From contig JBHLNS010000005.1 in the NCBI GenBank assembly GCA_048941285.1, positions 32,001 through 96,000 of the forward strand: a DNA stretch of 64,000 bases. The letters run 5' to 3'. This document shows, piece after piece, positions 1 through 10,698 of this stretch (the stretch's first letter is position 1; each line of letters begins with the position of its first letter). Made by a program: the position numbers and the translations under genes. The notes under the pieces were generated by a model. That model made no database searches and was not told where the DNA came from. It worked only from the letters and a program-made list of their open reading frames with translations. The stretch comes from Promethearchaeota archaeon. Lineage in GTDB: Archaea; Asgardarchaeota; Lokiarchaeia; Sigyniarchaeales; SOKP01.

Positions 1-1
1 T

Positions 2-415
2 ACAGTAGACACAGGTTCCTTTGAAGGAAGAGTTGGATTAGGAGTGATTAGCGAAGATTTTGAAGTTAATGGGATATATGTTTCAGCCAATACATATCGA
101 ACTCATCCAATTCAAATATTCTTTGAGCCCAAAATTCCTATCTATGAACAGAAATTATTGAAAAACTATTTTAATTTTATATTAGAGGTTTTTAGAAAGA
201 AATTGGATAGTGAATTCCTCACAACTTATAAATATTCTGATGCTCAGTACACGAGAAAATATTTAGGTTTAACTCAAGTAAGAAAATTGATCCAAACCTT
301 CCCTTATCATGAAAGAGATAATAAATTTAGGATTAAATTGAATGATTTAATTGAGAATAAAGATTTCATTGGTCTGTTAGAATTATTAAACGCTAGCCAG
401 GATAAAAGCAAATAA
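2..415 (+). CDS. hypothetical protein, 5'-truncated by window edge
   Basis: Frame of ORF 44..415 stays open back to position 2; no recognisable motif. Confidence 0.55.
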   Translation, partial: TVDTGSFEGRVGLGVISEDFEVNGIYVSANTYRTHPIQIFFEPKIPIYEQKLLKNYFNFILEVFRKKLDSEFLTTYKYSDAQYTRKYLGLTQVRKLIQTFPYHERDNKFRIKLNDLIENKDFIGLLELLNASQDKSK

Positions 416-1258
416 TCCAAGAAACATGGATACTTTTAATATCAAACTGATTTTTTTAAAGTCTTTTCTTGCTAAATTCCTTTTAAGCATTAATATTACT
501 GCATATGAAACTACTGCTAACCCAAAAACCATTGAAACTAAAAACAACATATGATTCATAATGTTAGTGAAATATGGTAATATGAAGAAAATTATAGCTA
601 AAAATGCAAATATCAGAGATAATATTGTCGCTTTTTTAATACCAATCCGAATTGCTAAGGTTTTAACGCCTTCTTTTTTATCTCCTTCAAGATCTTCACA
701 ACCTTTAATTACTTCTCGAGAAAGCAAAAGGAAAAATGACGTTAAAAAGAAGAAATATATATATGGGGGCACATTTGAATTGTTTAGAACAGCCCCATAA
801 ATAAGTCCAATTGAAAAGGAAATACTCACAATTATATTTCCAATGAATCCACTTTTTTTACCCCAAGCAGCGTATAACCATCCCATAAAAGCAAAAAAAA
901 CAGCTATAATAATATTCCAGTATCCAATATTAAATAAGATACTATGAAGTATTGCAAAACTAATCCCGATTAAAGAGGTCGCTATCCATAAAGTGATTGC
1001 TTGTTTTAATGTAATTGAACCTCTAGGTATTGGTCTTTCAGGACGATTTATTTTGTCGATTTCTATATCATAATAATCATTTATAACCATTCCTGAACCC
1101 GCTATAAAAAAGTATGTAATAACACCAAGAATTATATTTAAAATTAGGATTGTTGGATCGATGCCTGTTCTTGTATTTAAAATACCGATAATAACAGTTA
1201 AACTTCCCATAATATCATTAATAGGACGAAGAATTTCAATGGTGTCTTTAAGTTTCAT
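386..1258 (-). CDS. digeranylgeranylglyceryl phosphate synthase (UbiA prenyltransferase family)
   Basis: NDYYDIEIDKINRPERPIPRG and REVIKGCEDLEGD motifs, multiple TM helices, directly downstream of GGGP synthase. Confidence 0.9.
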   Translation of the reverse strand: MKLKDTIEILRPINDIMGSLTVIIGILNTRTGIDPTILILNIILGVITYFFIAGSGMVINDYYDIEIDKINRPERPIPRGSITLKQAITLWIATSLIGISFAILHSILFNIGYWNIIIAVFFAFMGWLYAAWGKKSGFIGNIIVSISFSIGLIYGAVLNNSNVPPYIYFFFLTSFFLLLSREVIKGCEDLEGDKKEGVKTLAIRIGIKKATILSLIFAFLAIIFFILPYFTNIMNHMLFLVSMVFGLAVVSYAVILMLKRNLARKDFKKISLILKVSMFLGLFAFILASV

Positions 1259-1271
1259 GATTATTTCATAT

Positions 1272-2090
1272 TTATTTTATTGAATACTTCTTTTTTTTAG
1301 TTTGACCCGCATCTTTAATCTCATTAATTATATCCTTTAATGTATTTCCATTATCTTTTAGTACGTTATTCTCTATGAAAGTGCCCATAACGACAATATC
1401 AGCCCCTGCTTCAACAAAAGCTCTCGCATCTTCCTCATTTTCAACTCCACCTCCAGCAATTATTGGTATATTTAAGATTGAGGAACATGTTTTAATGTGT
1501 TCGATTGGAATCTTTTCACTACCAGACCCCGCTTCTAAATATAGGAGCTTAAAACCCATCATTTCAGCGGCTAAAGCGTATGCAAGGGTTAATTTAGGTT
1601 TTTTTCTAGGTAATAAATTTGCTTTTCCAATCCAACCTGCCGTTGCTCCAGGTTCAATTATTAAGTAAGCCATTGAAATATATTCTAAATTATAGGATTT
1701 AATTGTATAAGAAGCAAGAGCTTGTTGACCAATAATAAAATATGGATCAGATGAATTTAACAATGACATGAAAAAAATAGCATCAGCATATTGAGATATA
1801 TTACTAATACCCCCGGGAAAAATAATAATAGGTACTTTTACTTGACTTTTTATTGCTAGAATTGTTTTGTCAACGAAATTTTGATCAAACACAGTACTAC
1901 CTCCAATTAAGATCCCATCCGTTCCGGCATCTTCAGCATATTTTGCCATCTTTGCTGCTTTACTTGGACCTTGTCTTAAAGGATCTGGATCTATTAGAGA
2001 AAAATGTAAAGCGCCCTCATTATTGATCTTTTTAATTAGATACTCATATGTACTTCTCTCAATATATTCATCAATTACAATATCAACCAT
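1272..2090 (-). CDS. geranylgeranylglyceryl phosphate synthase (PcrB/GGGPS group II)
   Basis: HFSLIDPD, GGST, YLEAGSG, IAGGG motifs. Confidence 0.92.
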   Translation of the reverse strand: MVDIVIDEYIERSTYEYLIKKINNEGALHFSLIDPDPLRQGPSKAAKMAKYAEDAGTDGILIGGSTVFDQNFVDKTILAIKSQVKVPIIIFPGGISNISQYADAIFFMSLLNSSDPYFIIGQQALASYTIKSYNLEYISMAYLIIEPGATAGWIGKANLLPRKKPKLTLAYALAAEMMGFKLLYLEAGSGSEKIPIEHIKTCSSILNIPIIAGGGVENEEDARAFVEAGADIVVMGTFIENNVLKDNGNTLKDIINEIKDAGQTKKKKYSIK

Positions 2091-2095
2091 TTATT

Positions 2096-3499
2096 TCACA
2101 TATTTATGCTTATTTGTTTTTTTTGTATAGCCAGTTTTTTAATTTTATTATAGATTTCAATTACTTTTTCTTTCCAAACTGGAAATAATTCTAATGTTCG
2201 GGGAAAATTTTTATATAGCTTAGAGATTTCTTTCATTTTTATTCTTAGAAAGTTTAAATCCAATAACAAATTTGGACGAGAAATCCCTTTAAATGCTTTA
2301 ACCGCCATATCAAATATAGACAAATTTAAACCTCCAGTTGAAGAGATTTCTAAAATTTCTTCTCCATTTAATAAATCACGTTCTAAACCAAAATTCAAAT
2401 CTTCATTAGAAAGAGACTGAAGAACAATTCTTAATAAGTCTAATGAGGCAAATTCTGCTCCAAAACTTGACATTACGTTATAGTTATAATCCCATAAATG
2501 GTCTTTTGAATTATTATCAATCTCTATAGCATGAATGGCTGAATTTGCTGCGTGATATCCTGCTCTCATTGAGGGATCTATCCCACCACCATGAAGTGGG
2601 TTAACTTGACATGCCGCATCACCGACAAGTATAAATCCATTATCAATACATGACCATAATGGCCTCCTTACAGGAACAACACCTCCACCTGAAGATAGAA
2701 TATTAAAATTTTGAGTTTTCACAAACTCTTGAAATACATTTTTTTTATAGAGATCTTTTACTTTACCTCGATATTCCATAAAAGTTCCGATTCCGATATT
2801 AATAGCAGACTTACTTTTTGGAAAATACCAAATATATCCTCCCGGGGCTTTCTCTTGATCAAGAATTATTGTTATATATTCAGGATCTTGAACTTGTTGT
2901 TCTTTTGATGAAAATTTTACAATTTCACGATAACATAATATGCTATCTTCCTTCTGAACTTGGTTTTCAATTAAAGAACTTTTTACTTTCTTTCTTAAAG
3001 GAGAATAAAAACCGGTAGCATCAATTAAGATTTTTGCTTTTAGATTTATTTTTTCACCATTTTTCAACTTAGCTCGAAGCCCAATAATATTTCCATTTTT
3101 GTACAATAAATCTAAAGCCATAGTATTATCCAAGAATTGGCTTACTCCAGCATCGAGAGCCTCATTTAATAATCTTTGTCCAAATTCTAATCTATTTACG
3201 ATATACCCTGCTTGTTTTGGGTCTATTAAAGAAATACACTTTTTAAGATTTGGTGAGTATAGTTTCGCTCCTTTTATATGACATGAGAGTTCTTCATTTT
3301 TAGGGTGATTAATCTTTAAAAAATCAAAAATTTCATTTCCTACAGCATCACCACATATTTTATCTCCAATCTTCTCTCTCTGTTTTCCATCAATTAAACA
3401 TACATTTAAACCCTTTTTTGAAGCAAATCTAGCAGCAGTTGTACCACCCGTTCCAGCACCAGCTACTATTACATCAAAGGATTTTTGTATATTTTCCAT
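2096..3499 (-). CDS. geranylgeranyl reductase family FAD oxidoreductase
   Basis: GAGTGG Rossmann motif, KICGDA, GYIWYFPK, GDAACQVNPLHGGGI. Confidence 0.9.
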   Translation of the reverse strand: MENIQKSFDVIVAGAGTGGTTAARFASKKGLNVCLIDGKQREKIGDKICGDAVGNEIFDFLKINHPKNEELSCHIKGAKLYSPNLKKCISLIDPKQAGYIVNRLEFGQRLLNEALDAGVSQFLDNTMALDLLYKNGNIIGLRAKLKNGEKINLKAKILIDATGFYSPLRKKVKSSLIENQVQKEDSILCYREIVKFSSKEQQVQDPEYITIILDQEKAPGGYIWYFPKSKSAINIGIGTFMEYRGKVKDLYKKNVFQEFVKTQNFNILSSGGGVVPVRRPLWSCIDNGFILVGDAACQVNPLHGGGIDPSMRAGYHAANSAIHAIEIDNNSKDHLWDYNYNVMSSFGAEFASLDLLRIVLQSLSNEDLNFGLERDLLNGEEILEISSTGGLNLSIFDMAVKAFKGISRPNLLLDLNFLRIKMKEISKLYKNFPRTLELFPVWKEKVIEIYNKIKKLAIQKKQISINM

Positions 3500-3545
3500 G
3501 ATTAGTGATTTTGTGATTTTGAATAGTTATTAGGATATAATAATG

Positions 3546-4295
3546 TTAAAGTAAAGTTAGAAGATATATTATAATTGTACTACCTAAAGGAACTGTCAAA
3601 TCATCGTAAGTGCTAGGTGAAAATAGTTCGATTATTGTTGCTATTGCACCTGTAATTAAAGAATAAATTAAAATAGTAGGCAATGGTAAAGGATCTTGAA
3701 AAGTAGGAATTAAAAGACCGAATAAGAAAAACGAAAGGAAACATAACAAAAATGCTGTTACAAAAAAGGTTAACGACCCCTCAAGTGTTCTTTTTGAATT
3801 AGTCCAATGTAAACTTATACTTATCTTTCCCCAACGTTTTCCTATAACTGAAGCTAAAGTATCGGCAACTATCATTAATAATATTCCTGCTATTGGAAAA
3901 TAAAATTGATTTGGAGCAAAAACTCCGAAAATTAATACTAAGGATGTAATAGAAAGACAATAAAAAAATGGACCTTGAAGAAAAGCTCGTTTTAGACTTT
4001 CTTCTTGTTCTTCAGAGATTGCATTGTAAAGATCTTTAAGTTGCTTCACTTTTGATTTTTTTGAACTAAAATATACAAACACAGTTAAAGTGCCTGCTAT
4101 AATTGTTGGCCAAAATGGCCAAAAATAAAAGGGTGAGGTTAAGATCGCTAATCCCGCAAACATATGAATTGCTTTTCGAGCAGCAAACTTAGTGATTTTT
4201 TCTTTCTTATATAAAATCACGGGGATGAATATTGTTAAAAGTACATAAAAGTATGCAATACCGACAATTCCAAGGTCAGTAAAAATATTAACCAT
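3546..4295 (-). CDS. CTP-dependent polyprenol/phytol/dolichol kinase family membrane protein
   Basis: ARKAIH, ADTLASVIGKRWG, KRTLEGS, IELFSP..DDLTVP motifs. Confidence 0.8.
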   Translation of the reverse strand: MVNIFTDLGIVGIAYFYVLLTIFIPVILYKKEKITKFAARKAIHMFAGLAILTSPFYFWPFWPTIIAGTLTVFVYFSSKKSKVKQLKDLYNAISEEQEESLKRAFLQGPFFYCLSITSLVLIFGVFAPNQFYFPIAGILLMIVADTLASVIGKRWGKISISLHWTNSKRTLEGSLTFFVTAFLLCFLSFFLFGLLIPTFQDPLPLPTILIYSLITGAIATIIELFSPSTYDDLTVPLGSTIIIYLLTLL

Positions 4296-4470
4296 TTTAG
4301 TATCAATTCCTTTAATTAATAAAGCAAAAAAGTATTCTTACTTTAAAGACTTTATTAACACGTAAGATTTTATTACAAATAAGAATATGAAAATTCTTAT
4401 AATTACGGGATTTAACTATAGAGCTTTTAATAACATTACTTTAAAAAAATTAATTGTCAAAAATCCTTTA

Positions 4471-5679
4471 TTAATTCATACAACAATTTTTATACTTCTT
4501 TCCACTCCCACAGGGACATAAAGAATTACGTCCAATCTTTTTTGTTCTTATTTGGGTTGATATAACTATTCGATTTTGATTTTTTATTTTTTCTGCAATT
4601 ATTTTTAACTGAGGTAAGGCATGTGTAAAAAATTTTTTCCAACCTTTACATAAAACACTGGAACTTTGTGATTTTTGATGGTTTCCAATACGGAATTTCT
4701 GGCAATCTCCATGACACAAATCAGTGAAATTACAAATTCGACAATTTGTATGCCAATCAGATTTATTATGACCAAATTTACGATAAATTGGTGAATTAAG
4801 GATATCTTCCCAATTATCTTCAAGTACATTTCCTAATAATAGATCCTCCTCAACAAAAAAATCGCATGGATAGATATTTCCATCATATTCAATAACAAAA
4901 TATTGACAACAATTTTTTCCCATATGGCAAACGTTATACCTTCCGTAAACTAAATATTCCAAGATTGAATCAAATAGTCTTATTGATATTCGATTTATAT
5001 CTTCTTTTATCCATTCATCAAATAAATTACAAAGAAAAGCGCCCCATTCTTCTCCTTTTATCGAAAAGGATTTAGGATTATTAAACATATCAAATTCTAC
5101 ACAAGGGATATACTGCTGAAAATAAAACCCTTCATCACGGAAATAATGATAAATTTCAGAAGCTTTTCTGACATTCTGATTATTAACTAAGATAAGAATA
5201 TTAAACTCAACATTAGATTCCTTAAGAAGTTCTATACCACGCATTACTAAATTATGAGTTGGTTTTTGATCATATGTTTTCCTATAACAGTCATGGAGAT
5301 AAGGAGGTCCATCTAAGCTAACTCCAAGGAGAAATTTATATTTAGCAAAAAATTTTGCCAAATCAGGTGTTATAAGAGTTCCGTTAGTTTGAAGTCCGTT
5401 ACTTATGATTGCTCCTTTAGGAGCGTACTGTTTCTGAAGATTTATTACTTTTTCCCAAAATTTTAGTCCAAATAAGGTTGGTTCTCCTCCTTGCCATCCA
5501 AAGTTAAATAAATTATTTTGATATGTTTGCATATAACCTGCTATCAAAGCCTCTAAAACTTTATCTGACATTCGAGGCTTCTTCTCAACTCTTTTTAGAT
5601 GATTGATATAAAAACAATAATCGCATCTCAAATTACAGTCCGCAGAAGCAGGTTTTATCAATAATGAAAAAGAATCCAT
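4471..5679 (-). CDS. anaerobic sulfatase maturase-type radical SAM/SPASM protein with C-terminal SEC-C motif
   Basis: CNLRCDYC, WQGGEPTL, SPASM cysteines, GRNSLCPCGSGKKYKNCC. Confidence 0.88.
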   Translation of the reverse strand: MDSFSLLIKPASADCNLRCDYCFYINHLKRVEKKPRMSDKVLEALIAGYMQTYQNNLFNFGWQGGEPTLFGLKFWEKVINLQKQYAPKGAIISNGLQTNGTLITPDLAKFFAKYKFLLGVSLDGPPYLHDCYRKTYDQKPTHNLVMRGIELLKESNVEFNILILVNNQNVRKASEIYHYFRDEGFYFQQYIPCVEFDMFNNPKSFSIKGEEWGAFLCNLFDEWIKEDINRISIRLFDSILEYLVYGRYNVCHMGKNCCQYFVIEYDGNIYPCDFFVEEDLLLGNVLEDNWEDILNSPIYRKFGHNKSDWHTNCRICNFTDLCHGDCQKFRIGNHQKSQSSSVLCKGWKKFFTHALPQLKIIAEKIKNQNRIVISTQIRTKKIGRNSLCPCGSGKKYKNCCMN

Positions 5680-5921
5680 AATAACAATTTTAAATTTATA
5701 CGTTTTACCTTTCTATCTTTAGCAACCATGTCATTTAGTAAGATAATTGATAAAAAGTTTATTCTTACAATAGATTGCGTTTTTTTATGAATAAAATAAA
5801 GGATTTAGATACTAAATCAATTAAAATTATATTTTTGAAAAATAAGTATAAAATCTTATAAAGATTTATAATTCTGAGTCGATTTAATAGAATATTATAT
5901 AAAAATTGTTGATTTTGAATT

Positions 5922-7187
5922 GTGCTTAGAGTTGGATTAATTGGATGTGGGGGTATTGCAAATTTAAATATATTAGGATATCTTCACTCACAAGATGCAG
6001 AAATCGTTGCTGTAACAGATACAAATACTAAAATCGCCGCTGAAAAAATTGAACGTTGGGGATTAAGAACATTAAAAATTTATACAGATTATCGTAAAAT
6101 GATCGATCACGAAGAACTAGATATTGTGGAAATCCTAACTCCTCACCATCTTCATGCAACAATGACAGAATATTGCGCTAAAGCGAGAGTTCCAGGGATT
6201 TCAGTACAAAAACCATTGGCGCATACTATTTCTGATTGTGAAAAAATAATCCAAGTTTGTAAAGAAGAAAGTGTCAAATTGAAGCTTTATGAGAATTTTA
6301 GATTTTACCCGGTATTCATAAAAGCAAAGGAATTATTAGAACAAGGTGTAATAGGACAACTTTTAAATTTTAGATTAATTACGATAGGAACTGGAGGTCC
6401 TAGTATGCCAAGAGATCTCAAAGCCCTTATCTGGCGCCGTAAAACTGACCTATGTGGAGGAGGTCCCTGGATCTATGATGATGGAATCCATAAATTTTCT
6501 ATGGCATTATGGCTAATGGGTGAAGAAAAGGTTGAAACCGTATATTCCTGGATTGATTTCTTTTCTACCGTACAAGATGCACCATGTATCATTTTTTGGA
6601 AATATCCAAGGAAAAACCTGAACGAAGCACCTAAATACGGTTCCATGCAATTCACACTCGCCCCAAATTTATATTATCCAAGCAATTATTATGATTGTGA
6701 TGAATTTATAGAGATTTCAGGAACAAAAGGTATAATGTGGATAAATCAATGCACTTCTGGAGGCAATTTTGTATCTAAAGCACCTCAATTCTCACCAATT
6801 ATAGTAAACACGGGGAATGAAGTTAAAACTTATGGTGAAGATTTACCGCGAGATTGGAGATATTCATTTATTAATTCAACCGAACATTTTATTAAAATTA
6901 TAAAAAATGGAGGAGAACCAATATATACAGGCGAACAAGGTAGAGATTTGTGCATATTTGCTAAAATGCCATATATATCTTATCAACAAAATCGGACTGT
7001 TTTATGGGAAGATATTTCAGTTAAAAGCGAAAAGGATCAATCCTGCATTGTAGAAGACCAAACGGAAGTTGATGGTACTATATACAGGAAATTTTTAAAA
7101 AAAATAAGATTAGATTTCAAAGAAGGCCTGAAACAAGGATTAGAGCACAAAATGTTGAAATATGATAAAGATATATTATTGGAGTGA
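5922..7187 (+). CDS. Gfo/Idh/MocA family oxidoreductase
   Basis: GLIGCGGI, ILTPHHLH, QKP, ENFRF, DDGIH motifs. Confidence 0.85.
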   Translation: MLRVGLIGCGGIANLNILGYLHSQDAEIVAVTDTNTKIAAEKIERWGLRTLKIYTDYRKMIDHEELDIVEILTPHHLHATMTEYCAKARVPGISVQKPLAHTISDCEKIIQVCKEESVKLKLYENFRFYPVFIKAKELLEQGVIGQLLNFRLITIGTGGPSMPRDLKALIWRRKTDLCGGGPWIYDDGIHKFSMALWLMGEEKVETVYSWIDFFSTVQDAPCIIFWKYPRKNLNEAPKYGSMQFTLAPNLYYPSNYYDCDEFIEISGTKGIMWINQCTSGGNFVSKAPQFSPIIVNTGNEVKTYGEDLPRDWRYSFINSTEHFIKIIKNGGEPIYTGEQGRDLCIFAKMPYISYQQNRTVLWEDISVKSEKDQSCIVEDQTEVDGTIYRKFLKKIRLDFKEGLKQGLEHKMLKYDKDILLE

Positions 7188-7192
7188 TTTAT

Positions 7193-8299
7193 CTAATCAA
7201 GATATATCTCTTTATTTTGTTCTACAGATTTTATTGCTCCTAAATTAAATTTTAATATATATCTTGCTTGTTCACCAGACAATAATGGTTTTTTATTATT
7301 TCTTATCGCATCAATAAAATAATTTGTTGAATTTATAAAACTGAATTTCCAATCTTTTTCAAAATCCCTATAAGTTTCTACTTTACCATCTCTGATAATG
7401 ACAATAGGAGGAAAAATATCAGAACTTGAGATCTTATTTCCTATCGATGTACCTTGATTTATTTTCATTAGCCCACGACTAGCAATGATTTCAATGAATT
7501 CATCTACGGGATAATACTTTGATTCTGAAAAGTCCATCTCTGGCATTAATGAGAATTCCATATTCCCATATTGTGGAACGATATGTTCTTCACTTTGCTT
7601 GTATTTAAACATTACATAAGCGGGGGCATCTAAGCCTTGATAATTATCTGTCCATGCAAAGACTTTTTCAATTTCTTCATTAAAAAACCAATATGCCAGG
7701 GAAAAAGCATGCCATCCATTATCAAATAGAATTGGTGACCCTTCTTGTGCTCCCCCAAGTTTCTTTGGATCTTTTCTCCATAATTCGGCAGTTTCTGAGA
7801 TTTCCCAACCCCCTCTAGTCCCTATTGCAGTCTTAATTCGAATTGATGAGGGATCACCAATATAATCGTTATCTAGCAATTTTTTAGCTCTCATAATATG
7901 TGGTGCGAATATAAAATTTTCATAAATTGATAATACTGACCCTGATTTTTCACATGCAGTAATCATATTATCTGCTTCTACTAAATTTAATGCCATTGGT
8001 TTTTGAACTGAAATTCCTTTAACACCTTTCTTAGCAGCATAAATAGTTGCATCTGCATGAAGGTGGTGGGGTAAAAGTATTTCTATAAGATCCAAATCCT
8101 CTTTATCTAACATTTCCTTATAATCAGAATAAATCGGAATATTTTCTTTTAAATTAAAATTCTTAACTTTTTGCTGAGCTTTTTCAATAGTCCTATTACA
8201 TAAACAAGTAATTTCCACATCTTCTCTATTTAAATACCCTAATATATTAAGGTCAAAGATAACACCTGTTCCTATAAACCCTGCTTTTAATTTTTCCAT
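7193..8299 (-). CDS. Gfo/Idh/MocA family oxidoreductase (paralog of convergent neighbour)
   Basis: GFIGTG, LLPHHLH, QKPM, DNGWH; clear similarity to 5922..7187. Confidence 0.85.
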   Translation of the reverse strand: MEKLKAGFIGTGVIFDLNILGYLNREDVEITCLCNRTIEKAQQKVKNFNLKENIPIYSDYKEMLDKEDLDLIEILLPHHLHADATIYAAKKGVKGISVQKPMALNLVEADNMITACEKSGSVLSIYENFIFAPHIMRAKKLLDNDYIGDPSSIRIKTAIGTRGGWEISETAELWRKDPKKLGGAQEGSPILFDNGWHAFSLAYWFFNEEIEKVFAWTDNYQGLDAPAYVMFKYKQSEEHIVPQYGNMEFSLMPEMDFSESKYYPVDEFIEIIASRGLMKINQGTSIGNKISSSDIFPPIVIIRDGKVETYRDFEKDWKFSFINSTNYFIDAIRNNKKPLLSGEQARYILKFNLGAIKSVEQNKEIYLD

Positions 8300-8351
8300 A
8301 TTTAATCAGTATAATATTATCTTTTCTTGGACTCTAAATTATTAAATAGAC

Positions 8352-9275
8352 TCATGAAATAAAATAGAAAATTAAAGATATCATGCCTAAAATAAAAATT
8401 ACAAGTCCTACTCCCCTTCCCATTGTTTTAGCAGATAATTTCTGTACATATATTGATACTATTATTCCTGTTATAATTGATCCTATTGCTAAGTAAATAG
8501 AAATTTCTAAATCAAAAAAAAATTGACCTTTTATCATAATTCCTAGTATTTGATAAATTATGAATGTACCTAGGCACATTATAATGCTTAAAATTAGAGC
8601 TGTTCCAACACCTTTTTTAATTGGATATCCATAAATTATAACCAAAGCAAGTACAATTATAAATCCCGAATTTGCTCCAAATAAACCAGAATTAATGCCA
8701 ATAATAATTCCAAAAATAAGTGTTAAAATATAGAAAAGTTGTGATCCAATAGGTATAATTCCTTTGATATCTTCCGCGGTAGTGAGATGTTCTTCATTAA
8801 ATTTTAGTAATTCTTCGCTATAGGTTTCCAGATTAGGATTTTTTTTTATATATTTGTGAGATAATTTATACGCAGTTTTTTTTAATGATTCTTTAGTAGG
8901 AAATCCACGATAAAGGAAAATGATACCCAAGATTGTTATAAAAAGAGGAATAAACCATCCATAAATATTTCCTATTGGGGTAGTTAATAATATAAAAACA
9001 CCTATAAGTGAAATTAACATTGCTATAAATATAATTATTAATGTATCTTTCCTAACCTTAAACTGCCCTTTTCTTATATATCCAATACTAACAACAGCAG
9101 AAGTTATCAAGTCATTTAATAAATTTACGGCAATTGCCAGAAAAGCATCCATGGTCAACAGAAGCACGATAGGAAGAACAACACCTTGACCTGTTTGACC
9201 CACAAAACTAATACTTATTCCTACAAGTGCCCCTATTAATAATAAAATGATGATTTGAAAACTTTCTAAACTCAA
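8352..9275 (-). CDS. TauE/SafE (TSUP) family membrane transporter
   Basis: Two-repeat TM architecture with GxxSGLFGxxSG-like motif. Confidence 0.7.
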   Translation of the reverse strand: MSLESFQIIILLLIGALVGISISFVGQTGQGVVLPIVLLLTMDAFLAIAVNLLNDLITSAVVSIGYIRKGQFKVRKDTLIIIFIAMLISLIGVFILLTTPIGNIYGWFIPLFITILGIIFLYRGFPTKESLKKTAYKLSHKYIKKNPNLETYSEELLKFNEEHLTTAEDIKGIIPIGSQLFYILTLIFGIIIGINSGLFGANSGFIIVLALVIIYGYPIKKGVGTALILSIIMCLGTFIIYQILGIMIKGQFFFDLEISIYLAIGSIITGIIVSIYVQKLSAKTMGRGVGLVIFILGMISLIFYFIS

Positions 9276-9423
9276 TGAGATTCATTCTCCTAACTTTTTT
9301 ACAGATAATAAAATATTTGTTAGGTGAGCATAAATAGTTAATATTTTTGTCTTAGAGATATATTTATATTTTTTAAGAACAAATCTCATTTAAAAGTTAA
9401 ACATTAAATAGAGAACAACAATA

Positions 9424-10698
9424 ATGGATTTAGAAATTTCAAAAGAACACGCGGATTATATGTATAATTTAGTAGAGAGAATAATTGAGGAAGTTGGCCC
9501 CCGTATACCTTGTAGCTCGCAAGAAGCTGAGGGATCAAAAGCCATAAAAGTCGAGTTTGAGCGAACATGTGATGAAGTATTGGTAGAGTTCTTTTCATGC
9601 CATCCAAAAGCATTTCTTGGATGGATTAAAATAATTATAATCATGACTGTTGTTTCGATGTTGTTTTACTTATTTATGCAGTGGATATCAAATTCTTTAA
9701 TAATAACATTTAGTTTAATCTCTTTTATTTTAACATCACTTTCCTTTTTAATAATTTGGGAGGAATTTTTCAATTATAATGAGTTTATTGACCCGTTATT
9801 CCGTAAAAAAAAATCCCAGAATGTCATTGGAAAGTTTAAAACTAAAGGTGATCTTAAAAAGATAATAATTTTTTCAAGCCATATTGATTCTGCATTTCAA
9901 TTTAATTTACTTAAATTGATTGGTTGGGGTTTTATTCCACTAGCATTTTTGGGAATATTGATAATATTAACATGGTTAATCATCTCATTTATTAATTTGA
10001 TAATTGTATTGATTGGATTCTTGGCCATTAAGGGAATATTTTTTTGGGCAGCAATTTGGTTATTAATTATTGGTAGTCCTTGCTTTGTAGGACTTTTTTT
10101 TTTTGTACCGATGGGTGATAAAGGAAATGTTGTGCCAGGTGCAGTTGATAACTTAAGTAGCTGTTCTGTTGTAGTAGGTTTAAGTAGATATATAAAAGAT
10201 CATAAAGAAATAATTCCTAATAATACTGAAATTAGGCTAATAAGTTTTGGGTGTGAAGAAAGTGGATTACGTGGATCCCGTCACTATTGTTCTGCTCATT
10301 TAGAAGAGTTAAAAAATTATGATACTGTTGTAGTAAATATGGATGGTTTAGAGACTCCAGATGATTTCCATATTATAGAATATGAACCTACAACTCGGAC
10401 AAGACACTCAGAAGTAGTAATCCAAAAACTACTTAAAGCTGCAGGATTAGCTGGGATTCAAGCAAAAAAGTTTGGTGCAGGAAAAGTAGAAAAAACTGTT
10501 GGTAGATTAAGTGGTGGATCAGATGCTGCTTCATTTTCAAAGGTAAATGTTAAGGCAGGGTTCTTAAATTCAGCGGATTGGAAACATCGTTCAAGCTATT
10601 ATCATCAAGATACTGATACACTAGATAAAATTAAACCGGGAACTCTAGAAAATGCTTTAAAAATATGTATTGTATTTCTATTAAATGAAGCAAAATGA
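9424..10698 (+). CDS. membrane-embedded M28 family peptidase
   Basis: SHID, GAVDNLS, CEESG, NMD, SDAASF, YH motifs with inserted TM helices. Confidence 0.82.
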   Translation: MDLEISKEHADYMYNLVERIIEEVGPRIPCSSQEAEGSKAIKVEFERTCDEVLVEFFSCHPKAFLGWIKIIIIMTVVSMLFYLFMQWISNSLIITFSLISFILTSLSFLIIWEEFFNYNEFIDPLFRKKKSQNVIGKFKTKGDLKKIIIFSSHIDSAFQFNLLKLIGWGFIPLAFLGILIILTWLIISFINLIIVLIGFLAIKGIFFWAAIWLLIIGSPCFVGLFFFVPMGDKGNVVPGAVDNLSSCSVVVGLSRYIKDHKEIIPNNTEIRLISFGCEESGLRGSRHYCSAHLEELKNYDTVVVNMDGLETPDDFHIIEYEPTTRTRHSEVVIQKLLKAAGLAGIQAKKFGAGKVEKTVGRLSGGSDAASFSKVNVKAGFLNSADWKHRSSYYHQDTDTLDKIKPGTLENALKICIVFLLNEAK

